Shown piece after piece: positions 59,534-64,000 of a stretch of 64,000 bases of DNA. The notes beneath the pieces were generated by a model. The model saw only the letters and a list, made by a program, of their open reading frames with translations, was not told the origin of the DNA and searched no databases. Made by a program: the position numbers and the translations under genes. Position 1 is the first letter of the stretch; each line of letters opens with the position of its first letter. The stretch covers positions 678,326 to 742,325 of the forward strand of contig OZ242208.1 in NCBI GenBank assembly GCA_965206325.1. The letters are read 5' to 3'. Origin of the DNA: Gammaproteobacteria bacterium. Its GTDB lineage: Bacteria; Pseudomonadota; Gammaproteobacteria; Tethybacterales; G965206325.

Positions 59534-60307
59534 ATGGGCGTAGTTAATGTCACGCCGGATTCCTTTTCCGACGGCGGACAATTCGCCGATGCCGATTCCG
59601 CCGCTGAGCATGGACTTCGCCTGCGGGAGGAGGGCGCGGACATAATTGATGTCGGCGGCGAATCCACCCGTCCGGGCGCGCAAGCCGTCGCCGTCGGCGA
59701 AGAATTGCGGCGGACGATTCCAGTCGTGGAAAAACTTGCGGCGGCGGGCGTCGCCGTTTCCATAGATACGATGAAGCCGCAAATAATGCGCGCCGCCGTT
59801 GCGGCGGGGGCGTCGCTGCTCAACGATGTCAACGCCTTTCGCGAAAAAGACGCCGTCGCCGTTGCCGCCGAATCCGACTGCGGATTAATCGCAATGCACA
59901 TGCAGGGCGAACCGCGCACAATGCAGAAAAATCCGCATTATGATGATGTCGTTTGGGAAGTGCGGGATTTTTTGGAATCGCGCGCCGACGCTCTTTTGCA
60001 GGCGGGAATCGCGCGCGAAAGAATTGCGATTGACCCCGGCTTCGGCTTCGGCAAGACGCTGCCGCACAATATTTCGCTGATGGACGGCTTGACTCAAATC
60101 GCCGAATTGGGCTTGCCGATTGTCGTCGGCGTATCGCGCAAATCCATGCTCGGACAATTGAGCGGACGCGAAATCGGCGGACGAATTTATGCGGGAATCG
60201 GATTGGCGGTTTTAGCGGCGACCAAAGGCGCGACAATTATTCGCACTCATGATGTTCTTGCGACTCGCGATGCCTTAGCCGCCGCCTTTCCGCAGGCGAA
60301 AAATTAA
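59534..60307 (+). CDS. folP: dihydropteroate synthase
   Basis: MGVVNVTPDSFSDGG start and a pterin-binding DHPS fold. Confidence 0.9.
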   Translation: MGVVNVTPDSFSDGGQFADADSAAEHGLRLREEGADIIDVGGESTRPGAQAVAVGEELRRTIPVVEKLAAAGVAVSIDTMKPQIMRAAVAAGASLLNDVNAFREKDAVAVAAESDCGLIAMHMQGEPRTMQKNPHYDDVVWEVRDFLESRADALLQAGIARERIAIDPGFGFGKTLPHNISLMDGLTQIAELGLPIVVGVSRKSMLGQLSGREIGGRIYAGIGLAVLAATKGATIIRTHDVLATRDALAAAFPQAKN

Positions 60308-60524
60308 GAAAATCAAAATCCTCGTCGCGACGCTTTGCGTCAGCACGAAAAACAATTTGAAATGCCGTAGGGCGGATAGAGCGGCAGTGAAATCCGCCGA
60401 ATCAAATTAAAGAGAATCGGCGGGTATCGCTTTGCGGTTTGTTGCCGCTTCGCTCCACCCGCCCTACGGCGATTGCAGTTGCAGTGTAAGTGCAATGCAA
60501 GATGAGGTTAAAATGAAATTGCGG

Positions 60525-61874
60525 ATGAAGAAAGCAGCAAGGAAATTTTTCGGCACCGACGGCGTAAGAGGGCAAGTCGGCAAATCGCCGATGACGCCCG
60601 ACTTTCTGGTGCGGCTCGGTTTCGCCGCCGGACGAGTGCTGGCGAATCGCGCATCCGACTCCGACGCCCCCGAAGTGCTGGTCGGCAAGGACACGCGGCT
60701 TTCCGGCTATATGGTGGAATCCGCTTTGGAAGCCGGACTTTCCGCCGCCGGTGCGAATGTGCTGCTTTCCGGTCCGCTGCCCACTTCGGCGGTTTCGTAT
60801 TTAACGCAGACGCTGCGGCTGCGGGCGGGCGTTGTGATTAGCGCATCGCACAATCCGCACGGCGACAACGGCGTGAAATTCTTTGATGCGGACGGCGGCA
60901 AATTGGACGATTCGACCGAAGCGGAAATTGAAAAAACCATGCGCGAATCGGGCGATTTGGAATTCAAAGGCGAGCCCGGCCGAGCCCGCCGATTGGACGA
61001 CGCCGCCGGACGCTACATTGAATTCTGCAAGAAATCCTTTCCGCCCCGCTTGAATCTTTTCGGGATGCGGGTCGTCGCGGATTGCGCCAACGGAGCGGCT
61101 TATCACATCGCCCCGCCGGTTTTTCATGAGTTGGGGGCGGAAGTCATCGGCGTTGGAATTTCGCCGGACGGACTCAATATCAATCGCGATTGCGGGGCTT
61201 TGTCGCCCGAATTGGCGGCGAAAGCGGTAAAGGAAAATAAGGCGGATTTTGGCGTCGCTCTGGACGGCGACGGCGATCGCGCCCTGCTGATTGATTCCGC
61301 CGGACGACGCTACGACGGCGACGCCCTGCTTTACATTATCGCCATGCGCGAAAAAGCAAACGGACGAAAACCGGCGGGAGTCGTCGGGACGACGATGTCC
61401 AATTCGGGGCTGCAAAATGCGCTGGCGGCGGCGGGAATTGATTTTGTCCGCGCGTCCGTGGGCGACCGCTATGTCGGCGAAATGCTGCGGACTCGCGGGT
61501 GGACAATCGGCGGGGAGCCGTCGGGCCATATAATTTTGCCGGAGATTCACAACACCGGCGACGGCATTATCGCCGCTTTGCAGGCGGCGGCGGCGATGCG
61601 CGAATCGGGCAAAACGCTCGCTGAATTGTGCCGGGGCTATCGTCCTCTGCCGCAGGAAATTCGGGGAATTAAAATGCGCGGGGCGGCCCGCGTCGCCAAT
61701 TCGGCGAGGATGAAAAAAATCGTCGCCGCCGAATCCCGCAAACTTGTCGGCGGCAGAATTGTGCTGCGTCCGTCCGGCACGGAATCCGTTTTGCGCTTGA
61801 TGGCGGAGGGTGAAAATCGCGCCGCCGTCCGGCAATGCGCCGACCGAATTCAATCGGCGTTAACGGAAGAGTAA
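60525..61874 (+). CDS. glmM: phosphoglucosamine mutase
   Basis: FGTDGVRG start and the phosphoserine loop SASHNP. Confidence 0.9.
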   Translation: MKKAARKFFGTDGVRGQVGKSPMTPDFLVRLGFAAGRVLANRASDSDAPEVLVGKDTRLSGYMVESALEAGLSAAGANVLLSGPLPTSAVSYLTQTLRLRAGVVISASHNPHGDNGVKFFDADGGKLDDSTEAEIEKTMRESGDLEFKGEPGRARRLDDAAGRYIEFCKKSFPPRLNLFGMRVVADCANGAAYHIAPPVFHELGAEVIGVGISPDGLNINRDCGALSPELAAKAVKENKADFGVALDGDGDRALLIDSAGRRYDGDALLYIIAMREKANGRKPAGVVGTTMSNSGLQNALAAAGIDFVRASVGDRYVGEMLRTRGWTIGGEPSGHIILPEIHNTGDGIIAALQAAAAMRESGKTLAELCRGYRPLPQEIRGIKMRGAARVANSARMKKIVAAESRKLVGGRIVLRPSGTESVLRLMAEGENRAAVRQCADRIQSALTEE

Positions 61875-61878
61875 CGCG

Positions 61879-64000
61879 ATGCTGCTGCGAATCGCCTGCA
61901 ATTTTGCCATTGTTATTTTTCTGCTGGCGGGCGTGGTGGAAGTCGGCGGCGACCGCATCAAGGTGGAATTTTTAGAGCGTCTGGAGCGTCTGGCCTACGA
62001 CCTGCGGATGCGGCATTTCGCCGGACTCGCCGAGCCGCGCGACGACATTATCATCGTGGATATTGATGAAAAAAGCTTAACGGAAATTGGCCGCTGGCCG
62101 TGGCGGCGCGACCGCGTCGCCGAATTAACAAGGCAATTGTTTGACGAATACGGCGCGGCTTTGGTCGGCTATGACATTCTCTTCGCCGAATCCGATTTGC
62201 GCGGGGCGGACATTCTGAACGAATTAAAATCGGAATTGCAGGACGACGCCAACGCGCAGGCGGCGATTGATTATCTCGCGCCCGAATTTGATTTTGATGC
62301 AAAATTCGCCCGTTCACTCGCCGGCCGCGAAACGGTGCTGGGGTATTCCTTCAGCGATTCGGGGAGGGAAATTGCGGCTTTGCCGCCGCCCGCCGTTATC
62401 GCGGATTTTGCCAATCCCGGCCAGCCGCTCGCCGGCGATAAATTAAATTCAGCGTCGTGGGCGTGGGTGAGAACCACCGGATACAGCGGCAATCTTAAAA
62501 TATTTTTGGATAACGCCGCCGGAGCGGGCCATATCATTCCGATATTTGACGACGATGGAATCGTCCGCCGCGTGCCGGTTTTAGTAAAGCACAAAAACGA
62601 TTTTTACGAGGCGCTTTCGGTTTATATGCTGCGCCGCTATCTTGCCCAATTGATGGGCGAAATGCCGCTGCTGGAAGCCGTGACGGACGAAGAATCCGAT
62701 TGGACCGGCGAGAAATATCATTTTGTCAATCGCTTTCAAATCGCCCAATTTGAATTGCCGGTGGATAGAGGCGGCACGCTGTTTGTGAATTATCTGGGCA
62801 GCGGCGGGAAACGCGGCGTTTTCCGCTATATTTCCGCGAGCGATATTTATTTTGGGCGGGTGTCGCCGGAAGATGTCGCCGGACGAATCGCCATTATCGG
62901 AGCGACGGCGCCCGGACTTTTTGATTTGCGGCCGACGCCGATTAATCCCGCTCTTCCCGGCGTGGAAATTCATGCGACTTTAATTGCCAACGGACTGGAT
63001 TTTAATTTTCTCCGCCGTCCGGCGGACGCATGGTTTTACGAATCGCTTGCGCTTCTGGCGATTGGAATTATATTCGCCATCGGCTATCCTTTTTTCGGTC
63101 CATTGATGGCGATGGGCTCCACCGCCGCCGTCGCCGCCGCCGTCGTCTGGTTTAATTTATCAAGGTGGGAGCAGGCGGGCGAGGTTTATCAATTGGCTCC
63201 GGCGTTATTGCTGCTCGCCGCTTTATTTATATGGAATCTGCTCGTCGGATTTTTGTCGGAGTGGCGGTCTAAAAGATACATTCAGAATCTTTTAAGCCAG
63301 TATATTCCGCCGTCCATGGCGAGGCGAATCAGCCGCAATCGGCGGGCGTTTACGATGGAGGGCGAAAGCAAGGAAATCACCGTGCTGTTTTCGGATGTGC
63401 GCGGCTTTACCTCCATTTCCGAATTATTTTCGCCGACGGAATTAACCCGCCTGATGAATCGAATGCTGACTCTGCTGTCCGAAAGAATTCACAGCCACGG
63501 CGGCACGGTTGACAAATACATCGGCGACGCCGTAATGGCGTTTTGGAACGCTCCGCTGGACGACCCGCATCACGCTAAAAAATCCGTGCTGGCGGCGATG
63601 GATATGCAAAAGGCGATGCGGAAATTATCCGCCGAATTAATGGAAAAGGGCTATCCGGAAATGCGCATGGGAGTCGGCGTTAACAGCGGGCAGACGCGGG
63701 TTGGAAATATGGGCTCTAAAATTCGCCTTGCTTATACGGTGATGGGCGATACGGTTAATTTGGCGTCGCGTTTGGAGGGGCTTACCAAGCATTATCGCGT
63801 GCCGATTTTAGTCGGCGAAGAAACCAAGCGGCTCGCCGACGGCATTGAATTCCGCGAAGTGGATTGCGTGCGGGTTAAAGGCAAGCGTCAGGCGGTCGCG
63901 ATTTTTGAGCCGCTCGGCGAGGGCGAAAGCGTCCGCGAATTCGCCGCCCGCTTTCAATTGGCGATGATGCATTATCGCGGACGACGATGGAATCAAGCCC
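61879..64000 (+). CDS. CHASE2 sensor domain adenylate/guanylate cyclase (3' end outside window)
   Basis: This ORF runs off the window end, so it is absent from the ORF track. N-terminal TM followed by a CHASE2-like region. Class III cyclase motifs (VLFSDVRGFTSISE, GDAVMAFWNAP) near 63370-63560. Confidence 0.75.
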   Translation, partial: MLLRIACNFAIVIFLLAGVVEVGGDRIKVEFLERLERLAYDLRMRHFAGLAEPRDDIIIVDIDEKSLTEIGRWPWRRDRVAELTRQLFDEYGAALVGYDILFAESDLRGADILNELKSELQDDANAQAAIDYLAPEFDFDAKFARSLAGRETVLGYSFSDSGREIAALPPPAVIADFANPGQPLAGDKLNSASWAWVRTTGYSGNLKIFLDNAAGAGHIIPIFDDDGIVRRVPVLVKHKNDFYEALSVYMLRRYLAQLMGEMPLLEAVTDEESDWTGEKYHFVNRFQIAQFELPVDRGGTLFVNYLGSGGKRGVFRYISASDIYFGRVSPEDVAGRIAIIGATAPGLFDLRPTPINPALPGVEIHATLIANGLDFNFLRRPADAWFYESLALLAIGIIFAIGYPFFGPLMAMGSTAAVAAAVVWFNLSRWEQAGEVYQLAPALLLLAALFIWNLLVGFLSEWRSKRYIQNLLSQYIPPSMARRISRNRRAFTMEGESKEITVLFSDVRGFTSISELFSPTELTRLMNRMLTLLSERIHSHGGTVDKYIGDAVMAFWNAPLDDPHHAKKSVLAAMDMQKAMRKLSAELMEKGYPEMRMGVGVNSGQTRVGNMGSKIRLAYTVMGDTVNLASRLEGLTKHYRVPILVGEETKRLADGIEFREVDCVRVKGKRQAVAIFEPLGEGESVREFAARFQLAMMHYRGRRWNQA

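Overview
High-GC bacterial chromosomal segment (about 60-65% GC, frequent gcggcgg words). Gene content suggests a betaproteobacterium-like organism: a two-subunit NAD-type formate dehydrogenase (Fdh1B/Fdh1A-like), rlmE-ftsH-folP-glmM, thiS-thiG-trmB, pyrB-pyrC', trxA-rho. About 60 protein genes and two tRNAs (Asn-GTT, Gly-CCC) are called. Core genes: partial aldehyde dehydrogenase, a polyamine-type ABC importer (SBP plus two permeases), aceE, fba, argS, dsbA, polA, pcd, dksA-like, pyrB, hisI, nnr, gltS, mutY, waaA, ridA, trxA, rho, ftsH, folP, glmM, and a 3'-truncated CHASE2 adenylate/guanylate cyclase. Accessory or unusual content: (1) a lower-GC island at 13.6-20.2 kb carrying a HerA-like ATPase, a NurA-like nuclease and a DNA methyltransferase; the ATPase gene is split by one of two 100% identical IS30-family elements, which are direct repeats about 4 kb apart, and the second copy separates the nuclease from the methyltransferase. 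(2) A dedicated atypical chaperone operon: GrpE-like, lidless Hsp70, a DjlA-like TM/TerB protein with a degenerate J domain, and an M48-like peptidase. (3) A 4.1 kb insertion splitting the formate dehydrogenase beta and alpha genes, containing a frameshifted DUF4258 toxin plus intact DUF2283 partner, a CPA1 Na+/H+ antiporter with foreign codon usage, small lipoproteins and a DMT transporter. (4) A Doc toxin locus. (5) Many in-frame homopolymeric G/C tracts (7-14 nt) inside housekeeping genes. No CRISPR array, no integrase and no rRNA were seen.
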